The notes beneath the pieces are model-generated. The model worked only from the letters and a program-made list of their open reading frames with translations. It searched no databases and was not told the origin of the DNA. This document shows, in pieces, positions 10,801 through 19,980 of a DNA stretch of 64,000 bases; within the stretch, counting starts at the first letter, position 1, and the number at the start of each line of letters is the position of its first letter. A program made the translations under genes and the position numbers. The stretch comes from Deltaproteobacteria bacterium (GTDB lineage Bacteria > Myxococcota_A > Polyangia > JAAYKL01), in assembly GCA_016937015.1 (NCBI GenBank), contig JAFGWT010000062.1:2609-66608 (forward strand). The letters are read 5' to 3'.

Positions 10801-12896
10801 CACGCCAGCAGTTTTTCCAGACAGGAAATTGAAAGACTCATATCCCCGGCATCAGTCGCCTTGGTTATCGCTGCCTGCAGCAGCGGCACCGCTTCTTTCA
10901 ACTTCGCCCCGGCAAAAGCAAGCTGTCCCCGTTCCGCCGCGGATCGCTGGGGATGCAATCCTTCAAACAGCTGGCCACTCAGTCGGGCCAACTCACCGTT
11001 TTCCAAAGACAGGCGAATACCATTTGAAACGTAGGACACGAGCGATATCCATCCACCATTCAATTGCAGATACCCGGCCCGCCCCAGGCGATTGACTGCA
11101 TTGTCGACAGCGGTAGCCGAAAAAGAGCCAAGAGTCGCGTAAATCTCGCTCTGGTCCAACCCGACCTGGACCAGGGACAGCACAGACAGAATCTCCCGTT
11201 CGACAGTGTCCACATGTGCCAATAACCGACGGGCCACCAGCAATCCCACGTCTTCCGGAAAAGTAATATCCGCCGGCATATCTCCCAGCTGATATCGATT
11301 GTCCACAAAGAAAAACTGTTCCACCAGCGCTTCCACAAAACGCGGATTTCCACCGGCTATCCGGTGAATACGGGATGCCATTGAATCTGAGAGTGCAACG
11401 CCGGTAATATCCGTCACCATCTGTTGTTCCTCGGCACTGGACAGGGGGGCGAGGGAAAGCAGCAGCGCAGTGCCCGCCAGTTCTTTGGAAAAAGTTACGT
11501 CGGAATTTTCGAACAGCAAAACAACGCCGCCGTCCACCGAAAAGGATTCGCGCTGAACCATATGCGCAGCCGCCACAAACTGCTGCGCTGTTGCGTCATG
11601 AAGCAAAATGACCATGGGTCCGAACTGACGACGCATCATATCGAACAACCCGGCCATCGCGGACTCGCTGACGTACCCAACGTCGCTCTCGGGCTGTCTC
11701 ACCATGCCCTCTCCACCTTCATAGCCAGGCAGGTCTGTCAATTTTGCCCTTTCCGATGCCGACAAACGATTTCGCATCTGCGATAAAATCTGCGTAAATG
11801 TGCCGGATAGATATGTAATGGAACGCTTTGCATGCTGAACATGATCAATCTGCTCGGACGCAACCACTTTGCGGACGAGCCGGGTTTTGCCTACGCCAAC
11901 GGCGCCATTTACAATCCCGAGCCCCAGCCTGTCCTGCTCAAAGGTCTCACGAATGAACGTTCTCAGTTGGCGAACCGCCCCTTGCCGCCCCACAAATCGC
12001 GTTGCTTTGGCGGCAGCAAGGCGAGAGACAGCATCTTCCGCTTCGCTGGCATCATCCAGATGTCCGTCTGCAGAAATTTTCGAGCCGGCACCGCTTTTTT
12101 GAAGCGCCAGGATCGTCTCACGGGCTGAAAAACGTTGCTCCAACCGGGGATGGATCATTCGTCTCAGCACTTTTGCCAGTGGCGGGGGGACACTGCCCGG
12201 AATGGGTGTCTGAGCACCAACGCCTTGCGCATCAATATTGAATGCGGGTGAAACACCGCCAATCAACTGAATCAATACCTGTCCAAGGGCGTAAATATCA
12301 CTTCGCTCGTCCGCCAGCCCCTCGAACAGCTCATCGGCCATATACCCCAGAGTGCCCGCCTTGATGCCAATGGCGTTATGCTTGAATCGCGCCAGGCCTA
12401 AGTCTATCAGATGGGGGATGCCATCACGGTCGACAATAATATTCGACGGCTTCACATCAAGATGCAGCAACCCCCTTGAATGCAAAAGCCGCAACGCCCG
12501 AGCAACCCCCACGCCAATGTTTACCGTGGATTCAAGTCGCGCCTCAGGGGCTTGCGCCTCAATATATCTGTCCGCACGAATGCCATCCACAAGCGCTTCT
12601 GTAAAAAAAACATGGCTTTCAGGCAACGCACCGGCAGGAACGACGTGTTGAATCCGCTGAAAATCAAACACACTGGCAAGATTTGGATGCTGAAGATCCA
12701 GCAGATAGGTGTATTCGGTCTCCAATGCACCCGCACCCGCGTCCGGGCTCAGCTTTAGCGCGCGCCGACATGAAGATACAGTATCCATGACTTCGTATAC
12801 CGCCCCCTGAGTGCCCTCCCCCAACGGACGAATCAGCCGGTAGCGTCCATTTAAGGTAATCCCCATATCTCCGTATGCGTCATAATTATCAATCAT
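7869..12896 (-). CDS. Multidomain regulator: Ser/Thr protein kinase + STAND/AAA ATPase + TPR repeats + GAF + sigma-54 activator (AAA+) + Fis-type HTH
   Basis: Kinase motifs '[13 protein letters not shown]' and 'DLGLARF'. P-loop '[10 protein letters not shown]'. Long TPR-like helical repeat region. GAF-like segment ('[20 protein letters not shown]'). Sigma-54 module '[15 protein letters not shown]...GAFTGA...FLDEIADMP...FREDLYYRL'. C-terminal HTH '[19 protein letters not shown]'. Confidence 0.85.
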   Translation of the reverse strand: MIDNYDAYGDMGITLNGRYRLIRPLGEGTQGAVYEVMDTVSSCRRALKLSPDAGAGALETEYTYLLDLQHPNLASVFDFQRIQHVVPAGALPESHVFFTEALVDGIRADRYIEAQAPEARLESTVNIGVGVARALRLLHSRGLLHLDVKPSNIIVDRDGIPHLIDLGLARFKHNAIGIKAGTLGYMADELFEGLADERSDIYALGQVLIQLIGGVSPAFNIDAQGVGAQTPIPGSVPPPLAKVLRRMIHPRLEQRFSARETILALQKSGAGSKISADGHLDDASEAEDAVSRLAAAKATRFVGRQGAVRQLRTFIRETFEQDRLGLGIVNGAVGVGKTRLVRKVVASEQIDHVQHAKRSITYLSGTFTQILSQMRNRLSASERAKLTDLPGYEGGEGMVRQPESDVGYVSESAMAGLFDMMRRQFGPMVILLHDATAQQFVAAAHMVQRESFSVDGGVVLLFENSDVTFSKELAGTALLLSLAPLSSAEEQQMVTDITGVALSDSMASRIHRIAGGNPRFVEALVEQFFFVDNRYQLGDMPADITFPEDVGLLVARRLLAHVDTVEREILSVLSLVQVGLDQSEIYATLGSFSATAVDNAVNRLGRAGYLQLNGGWISLVSYVSNGIRLSLENGELARLSGQLFEGLHPQRSAAERGQLAFAGAKLKEAVPLLQAAITKATDAGDMSLSISCLEKLLACDGAGTDALRLQLAVCYRRSGRYQKALHLVAEVLDADDSGEALFEKAASLRLDGRVDEAHEILTGLQTSPEPLVRASAKALLARIYLDRGDPLKGLALVAGESLSDQLAHQSGMFNIRGLLMLHTGDVAGAQDIFNKGLSTVSHGSPIEAGRYHAYLGMVSHVQKDWAAAAQRYETAFRFADESGDSHGAATYVVNWAAALTELGDVQNALIRYRNGMNRLRLVGRPVELVQAESNYAQLLLRLGDGRDALWAARKAVGDMNENENPLVFGHALTVLGESLLATGQYADAAEALARAVAIFDRRKQLVQRDFALLHLADSVMHMERIDDAYSQFSKIESDIVFESHAWLALRVMFALRGRGAVSSSVMDLDGALSEATQLFSLESYQAMAIAAIGALRLGNVDRCYFWSVRALELLDEIRRQTPAVHQPDSYPYEVQLLNMRTQTDARLARTELTAEENSMKQIWMERLIRIAARLNSELNVDAQLDIIMDTAIDVTGAERGFLLLREDDGSFSVRSARNLDSEAILAKEQNYSGSVARRAFEQGEPIVTTNAQEDEQYRDYRSVALLNLMYIVAVPLLVKGEARGTIYLDSTTRGQFDGERVALLKMLAHQAAVALTNARLLAHVQKNHVQIESLNRKLESRLEITERELAATRQNLREVNGEFAAQYDYHGIIGASRPMMEIFRLLDRVAATDIPVVISGESGTGKELAARAIHQAGGRRDKPFIAENCAAIPAPLLESVLFGHVRGAFTGAVRNRSGLFAEAHGGTLFLDEIADMPIEMQSKLLRVLQDGKVRPVGQNNSIKVDVRILVASNADLKECVRKGTFREDLYYRLHVMELRLPPLRERSIDIPMLVRGFLKKHAPSRQIEISREAMAHLMHYRWPGNVRQLENEIVRATVMCGDIMDVSHFSEALREFSIPVMEDATDLNLEGHVNRLKIQLIRAALNKSGGNRSRASELLGISRFGLQKMMARLEL

Positions 12897-12919
12897 GACA
12901 ACTTAGTTGCTAAAACCTC

Positions 12920-13014
12920 ACTGTGTTACGAACGAAATCGCATTCCCCTAAAATAATTCAACAAAGCAGCCCGCGACAACCTGCAACCCTCTGATTTTGC
13001 TTTGTAACACAGTA
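12920..13014. repeat. Perfect 10-bp inverted repeat pair ACTGTGTTAC ... GTAACACAGT separated by 75 bp, in the divergent kinase-EBP / ablA promoter region
   Basis: Read directly: 12920-12929 and 13005-13014 are exact reverse complements. Confidence 0.7.
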
Positions 13015-13175
13015 ACTCTGTTGACATTATTCCAGTCAGATCAAACAGCATCCCAATAATATGGAAATAAGTCTTTTTAACGGCTGGACAGTCGGAACAA
13101 ATCTGTTATACATGCTTATGTTTTGTGTCCTAAATATATGAATGCAAAAAATAAATATCCTAAACAGGAGACAAT

Positions 13176-14519
13176 ATGATTCCTTCAAAAAACGCCACAC
13201 CACAGCACTGGCTGTCACTGGCCAATGCGGACTGGAAAACGCAAATGAAGCATCTGATTCAAAGCCCAGACCAGCTTCGCGATTTCCTCAACCTTTCTGA
13301 CCGACAAATCAACGAGATAAATCGGGCGTCGCAGCTTTTCCCAATGGCAATTACGCCCTATTATGCATCCCTGATTGATACGAAGGATCCCCAATGTCCA
13401 ATCCGGGCACAGGCTGTCCCGACCATCAGGGAAACTGATTTTGCCAGCGCAGATATTGAAGATCCCCTCGCGGAAGACCACGACAGTCCCGTCCCGGGAA
13501 TAACACACCGATATCCGGACAGGGTATTGCTGGTCGTATCGCAAATGTGTGCCATGTTTTGCCGGCACTGCACCCGGAAGCGCTCAGTCGGTGACGAAAC
13601 CCACACGCCGTCAAAAGACAGCCTTAAAAACGCAATTCAATATATCAGGGACACACCCGGAATAAGAGATGTGCTCATCTCAGGCGGCGATCCGTTTTTG
13701 CTGTCGACCAAACGGCTGGATTGGATTTTAACCGAGCTCAATGGGATTGAGCATGTGGAAATCGTTCGAATTGGGACCCGCACCCCTGTTGTGTTGCCAC
13801 AGCGGATTGATGATGAACTTGTCAATATGCTGAAAAAACATCATCCGGTGTGGGTAAATACCCATTTCAATCATCCCAGGGAAGTGACGGCCGAAAGCAA
13901 AAAAGCGCTGCGCAAACTGGCGGACGCCGGTATTCCCCTGGGCAATCAGAGTGTTTTGCTGCGGGATGTCAATGATTGCCCACTCATCATGCAGAATCTG
14001 GTGCATCGAATGGTTCAAAACCGTGTCCGCCCGTACTACATGTACCAATGCGATCTGTCCCGGGGCATTGAACATTTTCGAACGTCGGTCTCCAAAGGCA
14101 TCGAAATCATGGAGATGCTGATTGGACATACCAGTGGATTCGCGGTGCCAACCTATGTGGTCGATGCCCCGGGGGGGGGTGGGAAAATACCGCTGACGCC
14201 CCAGTATCTCATTTCGATGGGCACAAGAAAGGTGGTATTGCGCAACTACGAAGGTGTTATCTGCCTTTACAGCGAACCGCCCCAAAAGGAGAGCAGCTGC
14301 CCGGCCGACTGCCAGTACTGCGATGACCTGACGCCCAAAAGCAAGCCCACTCCCAAAGGCTCAAAATGGGCCACCAATGTTGGGGTGGGAAAACTGTTTG
14401 ACGATTCAAATAATGTGATAGCCATTGTTCCGGAGAATCTTGAGCGCGTCCAGCGTCGCGAGGAGAATTATCAGGAGAATCATCAGGAGAACATTAATGA
14501 CGGGGAAAAGAATGACTGA
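13176..14519 (+). CDS. ablA: Lysine 2,3-aminomutase (radical SAM), AblA/KamA
   Basis: Diagnostic KamA cluster 'CAMFCRHCTRKR' and full KamA-like length. C-terminal acidic repeat tail 'ENYQENHQENINDGEKND'. Confidence 0.9.
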   Translation: MIPSKNATPQHWLSLANADWKTQMKHLIQSPDQLRDFLNLSDRQINEINRASQLFPMAITPYYASLIDTKDPQCPIRAQAVPTIRETDFASADIEDPLAEDHDSPVPGITHRYPDRVLLVVSQMCAMFCRHCTRKRSVGDETHTPSKDSLKNAIQYIRDTPGIRDVLISGGDPFLLSTKRLDWILTELNGIEHVEIVRIGTRTPVVLPQRIDDELVNMLKKHHPVWVNTHFNHPREVTAESKKALRKLADAGIPLGNQSVLLRDVNDCPLIMQNLVHRMVQNRVRPYYMYQCDLSRGIEHFRTSVSKGIEIMEMLIGHTSGFAVPTYVVDAPGGGGKIPLTPQYLISMGTRKVVLRNYEGVICLYSEPPQKESSCPADCQYCDDLTPKSKPTPKGSKWATNVGVGKLFDDSNNVIAIVPENLERVQRREENYQENHQENINDGEKND

Positions 14520-15438
14520 CGCCGCCTCCATTTCCCATTCCTGCCCCAAAGTGCCTGATTCGGTCGTCGAACTTGACACACTGCCGCAATATGGGGTTAC
14601 CCAACGCATCGATGGCGATGGTTACACCTACACAGCCTTTTTCAGCAATAGAAACGACAGAATAAGGGTAACGGACTACCAGGTTTTTGACCATGAAGGG
14701 ATAATCCAAAGTCTCAAACACCATGCGCGTCAACACCAGCATGGGAAAATATTCCTCAAAGCACATGCCAAAGACGCCGCAGATTTTAAATGTGCCGGGC
14801 TGGATGAGGAAGCGCGCATCGCAGGGTACTTCAATGGCGATGATGCGGTCGTGCTTTCATTGTTTACCGATGACCGTCGGGCTATTCCGCGTCCTCCCGT
14901 CCCGGAGAGAGAGAAAATCGTCGCCTCTGCCCGCCATGGGTTTCAGACACCTGCCCGTCCCCGACCTCTGCCAGGTGATTTCAGATGCCGTCTCGCCACG
15001 CCTGAGGATGCCCCTGCACTGGCGCGCGTTTTCGCAAACAATTTTGAATCATACCCCTTTCCGGTATTTGATGCGACATATGTACAACACACCATGGCCA
15101 ATGATGTGCTGTACATGCTCATCTCCCGCCACAGCGAAATCGCGGCGGTTGCATCGGCGGAAATGGTTCCCGCACTTTCAAATGCAGAGATGACCGACTT
15201 TGCGACCATGCCCAGGTACCGGGGCAATGGATTGGGTGCGTTTCTGCTGCGCGCACTCGAGATTGAAATGAAAAAAAGACGCATTCAATCCCTTTATACG
15301 CTGTCCAGAGCCAGCTCGATATCAATCAACCGAATCTTTGGCAAAGCCGGATATCGGTACACTGGCACCCTGGTGCAGAACTGCCATATCAGCGGCCATT
15401 TTGAAGACATGAATTGCTGGTGCAAATCACTTCAGTAA
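14512..15438 (+). CDS. ablB: Beta-lysine N6-acetyltransferase (GNAT), AblB
   Basis: Start ATG overlaps the kamA stop (ATGA-type coupling). ~308 aa with a GNAT C-terminal half ('RYRGNGLGAFLLRALE'). Size and context match the ablAB operon. The ORF-track start at 14425 would overlap kamA in another frame and is less likely. Confidence 0.75.
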   Translation: MTDAASISHSCPKVPDSVVELDTLPQYGVTQRIDGDGYTYTAFFSNRNDRIRVTDYQVFDHEGIIQSLKHHARQHQHGKIFLKAHAKDAADFKCAGLDEEARIAGYFNGDDAVVLSLFTDDRRAIPRPPVPEREKIVASARHGFQTPARPRPLPGDFRCRLATPEDAPALARVFANNFESYPFPVFDATYVQHTMANDVLYMLISRHSEIAAVASAEMVPALSNAEMTDFATMPRYRGNGLGAFLLRALEIEMKKRRIQSLYTLSRASSISINRIFGKAGYRYTGTLVQNCHISGHFEDMNCWCKSLQ

Positions 15439-15514
15439 CCACATCGCGCCATATCATATAAAGAGATCTCGATTCTGTCCGTTACAGTCGATGACGTTTT
15501 AGCGGAGAAATTTT

Positions 15515-16615
15515 ATGAGTATAGAATCGATTATCCCAACCCAGCCCATCAGACATCAGATCCTTTGCATTGACGATGATCCGATCATCCTGTCGTCATT
15601 CAGCAGGGATTTCAAGGACATTGACGCCGAGGTCACACTGGCGGACACGGCGGAGCTGGGATTGAAACTGGTGGATGAACATCAGTTCACCGTTGTGATT
15701 AGTGATCTCAAGCTGCCTGGCGCGGACGGCATCAAATTTTTGCAGAGTGTTTCAAGGCGGTATCCAGATACGGTGAGAATTCTTATATCGGGACATGCCG
15801 ATTTTGATTCGGCAGTAAAAGCCATTAATCAAACCGGTCTGTTTGGTTTCATATCCAAACCATGGTCATCGGACGCGCTCAAGGACACCGTGCAGCGCGC
15901 CATCGAACACTACGACATGACGCAGGAAAACAAAAAGCTGACCGCTGCGTTAAGTGTGAAATGCACCGAGCTTGGCATAATGACTATCAATCTCGAAAAG
16001 GAAGTCCAGGCGCGCACGACGAGCATGCTATTGGGGATGGTCAATGCGCTGGACCTCCGGGATACGGAAACCCACTGGCATTCTCGACGGGTGGCGCTCT
16101 TTGCCAAACGACTTGCCGAGGAAATGGAACTGGACGAAACGCAGATTCTCGAAATTGAACGGGGATCTCTGTTGCACGACGTGGGAAAAATAGGCGTTTC
16201 CGATACCATTTTGCTCAAACCCGGTAAGCTGACCCCGGAGGAATGGGTCGAGATGAAACGCCACGCTGAATACGGTTATCAGATTTTACAGAATGTCGAG
16301 TTCCTGCATGACGCCCGGGATGTGGTGTGGCAGCATCACGAACGCTGGGACGGGGGGGGATATCCGCGGGGATTGAAAGGTAAAGACATTTATGTGGGGG
16401 CCCGCATTTTTTCAATTATCGATACGTACGATGCGATGACTTCCGACAGACCATACCGAAAAGCGCTCTCTCATGAAATTGCATGCAGGGAAATCAGCGA
16501 CATGAAAGGGACGCAGTTCGATCCGGATATCGTTGATATGTGGGAACGGATTCCTGAGTCCGATTTGATTCGATTAAGGGAACAGACTTTTACCCCAACA
16601 TCGGGACTGCTGTAG
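15515..16615 (+). CDS. Response regulator with HD-GYP c-di-GMP phosphodiesterase domain (RpfG family)
   Basis: Receiver domain ('ILCIDDDPIIL...VVISDLKLPGADG') followed by HD-GYP ('HSRRVA...LLHDVGK...HHERWDGGGYPRGL'). Confidence 0.85.
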   Translation: MSIESIIPTQPIRHQILCIDDDPIILSSFSRDFKDIDAEVTLADTAELGLKLVDEHQFTVVISDLKLPGADGIKFLQSVSRRYPDTVRILISGHADFDSAVKAINQTGLFGFISKPWSSDALKDTVQRAIEHYDMTQENKKLTAALSVKCTELGIMTINLEKEVQARTTSMLLGMVNALDLRDTETHWHSRRVALFAKRLAEEMELDETQILEIERGSLLHDVGKIGVSDTILLKPGKLTPEEWVEMKRHAEYGYQILQNVEFLHDARDVVWQHHERWDGGGYPRGLKGKDIYVGARIFSIIDTYDAMTSDRPYRKALSHEIACREISDMKGTQFDPDIVDMWERIPESDLIRLREQTFTPTSGLL

Positions 16616-16647
16616 CAGCTTCAGAATGGTCGAAACGGAGTGCACCC

Positions 16648-17619
16648 ATGGAACGTTCTGAGCGACTCACATATGAGGAAATCTCTCAAATTGAGCTGAC
16701 GGGGCTTCACATTCTGCGCCGAACATCCATCGAAGCGGTGTTTGGACTTCTGGAGCACTGTACCGTGCAGTTCCTGGCATCGGGCGCCATACTTCTCGAA
16801 CAGGGACAGACCAACAGCACGATGTATCTCGTACTGGCCGGCAAACTCAGCGTGCATCTGGACAAACCCGATGCAGAGCCGGTAGCGTATCTTGAAACAG
16901 GGCAGACGGTGGGGGAAATATCAGTCATCGATGCCAGCCCGGCCACCGCGTATGTCAAGGCATCTGAACTCACGCGCCTGCTGGCCATCGATGAAATGAC
17001 GTTCTGGCGACTGGTGGAAGTGTCTCATGAATTTGCGACCAATATGCTTTTGCTTCTTGCAGGGCGACTGCGGGCCAATAACACGAAAATTATTGAAAAC
17101 ATTAATCTTCGGATGCAAATGGAGCACGAGGCATCAGTGGATGCGCTGACTGCGCTTCGCAACAGACGCTGGTTGGACACCAACCTGCCAAGAATGACCA
17201 GTCGCCACCAGTATTCGAAAAAGCCGTTCTGCGTTCTGATGCTGGATGTGGACCATTTTAAAAATTTCAATGATGAGTATGGTCACGCGGCAGGGGATGT
17301 GGTTCTCGCGGAGGTGGCCAGAGTTATCATGGCCAAATTGCGTCCCACGGATTTGGCTGCCAGATATGGCGGCGAAGAATTCTGTATCATGCTGCCCGAT
17401 ACCAACCTGGAAGGCGGCGTCGTGGCCGCCAACCGAATTCGGGAAGCCGTGTCCGGTACAAAGGTTATTTCTCCCGACGGCCAGCCACTCCCTCAGGTGA
17501 CCATATCGCTGGGGGTGTCGTGCGTGCAAGACAAAGATACCCCCGAATCGCTTATCGGGCGGGCCGATGAGAGGCTGTACCGCGCCAAAAAAAATGGTCG
17601 CAACCGGGTGGAAAGCTAA
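16648..17619 (+). CDS. Cyclic-nucleotide-binding domain / GGDEF diguanylate cyclase
   Basis: cNMP-binding-like N-terminus ('GQTVGEISVIDASPATAYV'), then a GGDEF domain with active-site 'RYGGEEFCIML' and 'RADERLYRAKKNGRNRV'. Confidence 0.85.
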   Translation: MERSERLTYEEISQIELTGLHILRRTSIEAVFGLLEHCTVQFLASGAILLEQGQTNSTMYLVLAGKLSVHLDKPDAEPVAYLETGQTVGEISVIDASPATAYVKASELTRLLAIDEMTFWRLVEVSHEFATNMLLLLAGRLRANNTKIIENINLRMQMEHEASVDALTALRNRRWLDTNLPRMTSRHQYSKKPFCVLMLDVDHFKNFNDEYGHAAGDVVLAEVARVIMAKLRPTDLAARYGGEEFCIMLPDTNLEGGVVAANRIREAVSGTKVISPDGQPLPQVTISLGVSCVQDKDTPESLIGRADERLYRAKKNGRNRVES

Positions 17620-17688
17620 ATTTCTATTTTCTTCCAATCTGCCGCGTCGAATAAAACCTTTTTCAATTCAAGAGCGTCCGGTATATGG

Positions 17689-18354
17689 TTGTCAGCAGGA
17701 GGGAGGATGCGCCTGCAGGTCTCACATCAACGAAAATTCGCGGCCACACGCGAAGACATTCTGGTGGAACAATCGCTCATTGAGAAGGCGCAACAGGGAG
17801 ACCCCCATGCCATTGGCGCGCTCTACGAGTTGCATGCACCGCGAATCAGACGATTGCTGGTGGGAATCATCGGCCCGGGGGACCAGGTCGATGATCTGCT
17901 TCAGGACGTATTCCTTCAGGTTTTTTTGACCATTTCCGCTTTTCGGGGAGACAGCCGGTTTTCCACCTGGCTGCACAGGGTCGCCTCAAACCTGGCCATT
18001 TCATACCTGCGCCGTAAAAAAAGAACGCCACCATTGGTCGATGATACCCAGTTTCCTGCCTCTGCTGCAGTACAGTCGGAGTCCGCGCAGGCACGCGCCG
18101 CTTTAACCGAACTGTACACCATACTGGACAGCTTAAGCCCCAAACGCCGCCTCGCATTTGTACTTTTCGAAATTGAACAGTACACCATTTCTGAGATTGC
18201 TGAAATGACCGGTTCAAACATCGCCACCATCAAATCGAGACTTTTTTTCGGCCGCAGGGAAATTTTAAAAAAATCCAAAGACAGTCCTGTCCTCAGGGAA
18301 CTGATGACGCAATCAGCCGGGAACCGAGGACTCAGTCAGCCTGGCACTGTATGA
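17689..18354 (+). CDS. RNA polymerase sigma-70 factor, ECF subfamily
   Basis: Region 2 'LLQDVFLQVFLTISAFRGDSRFSTWLHRVASNLAISYLRRKK' and region 4 'ISEIAEMTGSNIATIKSRLFFGRREI'. The start may be an internal Met. Confidence 0.8.
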   Translation: MSAGGRMRLQVSHQRKFAATREDILVEQSLIEKAQQGDPHAIGALYELHAPRIRRLLVGIIGPGDQVDDLLQDVFLQVFLTISAFRGDSRFSTWLHRVASNLAISYLRRKKRTPPLVDDTQFPASAAVQSESAQARAALTELYTILDSLSPKRRLAFVLFEIEQYTISEIAEMTGSNIATIKSRLFFGRREILKKSKDSPVLRELMTQSAGNRGLSQPGTV

Positions 18355-18379
18355 CTCGGTCAACGAAAGGAATGGAGAC

Positions 18380-19519
18380 ATGAACCGTCGTCTCTTTCAG
18401 AATCAGGAAAAAGTCGCTGGCGTGCAAAATGCGCTGGAAGAGGCATCAGTGCGACCGGCATCAACGGATGAATCTGCCAAACGAAATCTAATCGCCCAAT
18501 TGCACAACGCCAACGCGCCCGCTTCTCACTCCCAAAACCCGATTTGGATACTGGCATCCATTGCAGCGGTTCTGGTTCTTGGCGCCGGCATTACCATTTA
18601 TTTTAAAGGGCATGCGGTATCTTCCCCCGAACACCAGGAGGCGCGACCGGAAACGGTATCAAATGTTAATCTGAAGTTGAGTGGTCTCGTTAGAACGCTG
18701 CCCATAGACCGGGACATCGTCGTGCCCAGCACAGTTGGTGCGAAATTCGTGATGTCGGACCAGTCCACTATCTGGGCAGACAGCGAAACCCAACTGATGT
18801 TTCTATCCAGGGTAGGCGATTTGAATCTGAAATCGGGACGATTGCTGGCCCGGTTCAACAAGCGCCGCACGCCCGCGCGCATCGTCACGCCCAATGGAAC
18901 AATTCAGATTATCGGCACCGTTTTCTCAGTCACGGTCAAACCGGAGTATACTGAAGTTCGGCTTTTTAAAGGTGAAATCGCCCTTCTGCTGAATGGTAAA
19001 CCGATAACCGTGACTCGCGGCACATACGTTCGGGCTACAAACAAAACGATTGATACCCAACGCCCGCTCGATACCTCGGATGTGATCTCTGCGCTGCTGA
19101 TTCCCGAAAAAACCTTTCGACTCTCAGGCCCACCTGTGCCGGAGCTGCAAATATCTGAACCAGCGCCTGTCAACGCCACCCCAAAAGACAAAGTCAGTCT
19201 AACGCCCAATCGACCTTCACCCAAAAATATTTCCCGATTGCACCCCGCCCCACAACTGCCCTCGCCTGTTGCCCGGGATACTGCAGAATCCTCGTTCCAG
19301 CTGCCACCCGAGGACGACATGCAGATTGAACAGCAGGTAGCCCAAAAACAGCCTGATTCCGATGCGGCAACGTCGCCGCCAGCGGAACAGCTGCTCCAGG
19401 ATGCGTGCGATAGTCTGAAACGCGGCGACCACGAAAAAGGGAAAGCCAAAATCCGCGACTATCTCGAAGCGCATCCCAAAGACCGCTACTGGGAACACGT
19501 GCACACCATTTTTGAATAA
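18380..19519 (+). CDS. Membrane-anchored FecR-domain protein, likely the anti-sigma factor partner of the upstream ECF sigma
   Basis: Single TM segment ('IWILASIAAVLVLGAGITIYF'), FecR-like beta-rich domain ('TIWADSETQLMFLS...GTVFSVTV'), and a Pro-rich C-terminal region. Sits immediately downstream of the ECF sigma gene. Confidence 0.7.
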   Translation: MNRRLFQNQEKVAGVQNALEEASVRPASTDESAKRNLIAQLHNANAPASHSQNPIWILASIAAVLVLGAGITIYFKGHAVSSPEHQEARPETVSNVNLKLSGLVRTLPIDRDIVVPSTVGAKFVMSDQSTIWADSETQLMFLSRVGDLNLKSGRLLARFNKRRTPARIVTPNGTIQIIGTVFSVTVKPEYTEVRLFKGEIALLLNGKPITVTRGTYVRATNKTIDTQRPLDTSDVISALLIPEKTFRLSGPPVPELQISEPAPVNATPKDKVSLTPNRPSPKNISRLHPAPQLPSPVARDTAESSFQLPPEDDMQIEQQVAQKQPDSDAATSPPAEQLLQDACDSLKRGDHEKGKAKIRDYLEAHPKDRYWEHVHTIFE

Positions 19520-19617
19520 CCTCAACTTTTTTTTGAACAATCCATAAAACCTTTTGTGCAGTGCCGGCGACAAAGAGAGCAGAGAGCAAAAAACTGTTTC
19601 GCGAAAGGAAAAAACCA

Positions 19618-19856
19618 TGAAAAAATTTATCTCCGTATCGGTTGCATTCATTTTATTCACTCTGGGCGTTGCTGCTTTGGCACAGGACGCCCCTGACACC
19701 ACCGAGTACAGATTCGACGATGACGTGGTGCAGGGTGATTTGATTTCCCCGGACGGGATTGTACTTGTCGGAAGGAAAAAGGATGCCTCCGGAAGTCTCG
19801 TTAAGGTCCGCAAACATTTTGTGCCTGAGATGCTCAAAAGCGTTGAACGTATCTGA
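19618..19856 (+). CDS. Small exported hypothetical protein (79 aa, signal peptide)
   Basis: 'MKKFISVSVAFILFTLGVAALAQDAP' signal peptide and an RBS-like 'aaaggaaaaaacc' upstream. The ORF-track start at 19554 is less likely. Confidence 0.5.
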
Positions 19857-19980
19857 ATCTGCCTTCCTGTTCCGGTGCCAGTCGCAAATATCTCAAAATA
19901 AATGAAAAATTTGGGTGGAATCCAATGAAAAACCAATTAAAAATGAAACACCTGGAAAACACGAACCATTGGAGAACGCA

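Noticed and set aside
8073-12758. Numerous 60-133-aa plus-strand ORFs
   Set aside because: All lie inside the 5-kb minus-strand kinase-EBP gene, whose translation shows contiguous conserved domains. These are shadow ORFs.
13728-14285. 185-aa minus-strand ORF
   Set aside because: Antisense to kamA, which has the diagnostic radical SAM cluster.
19217-19936. 239-aa minus-strand ORF
   Set aside because: Antisense to the FecR-like anti-sigma gene and the small exported protein gene. No motifs.
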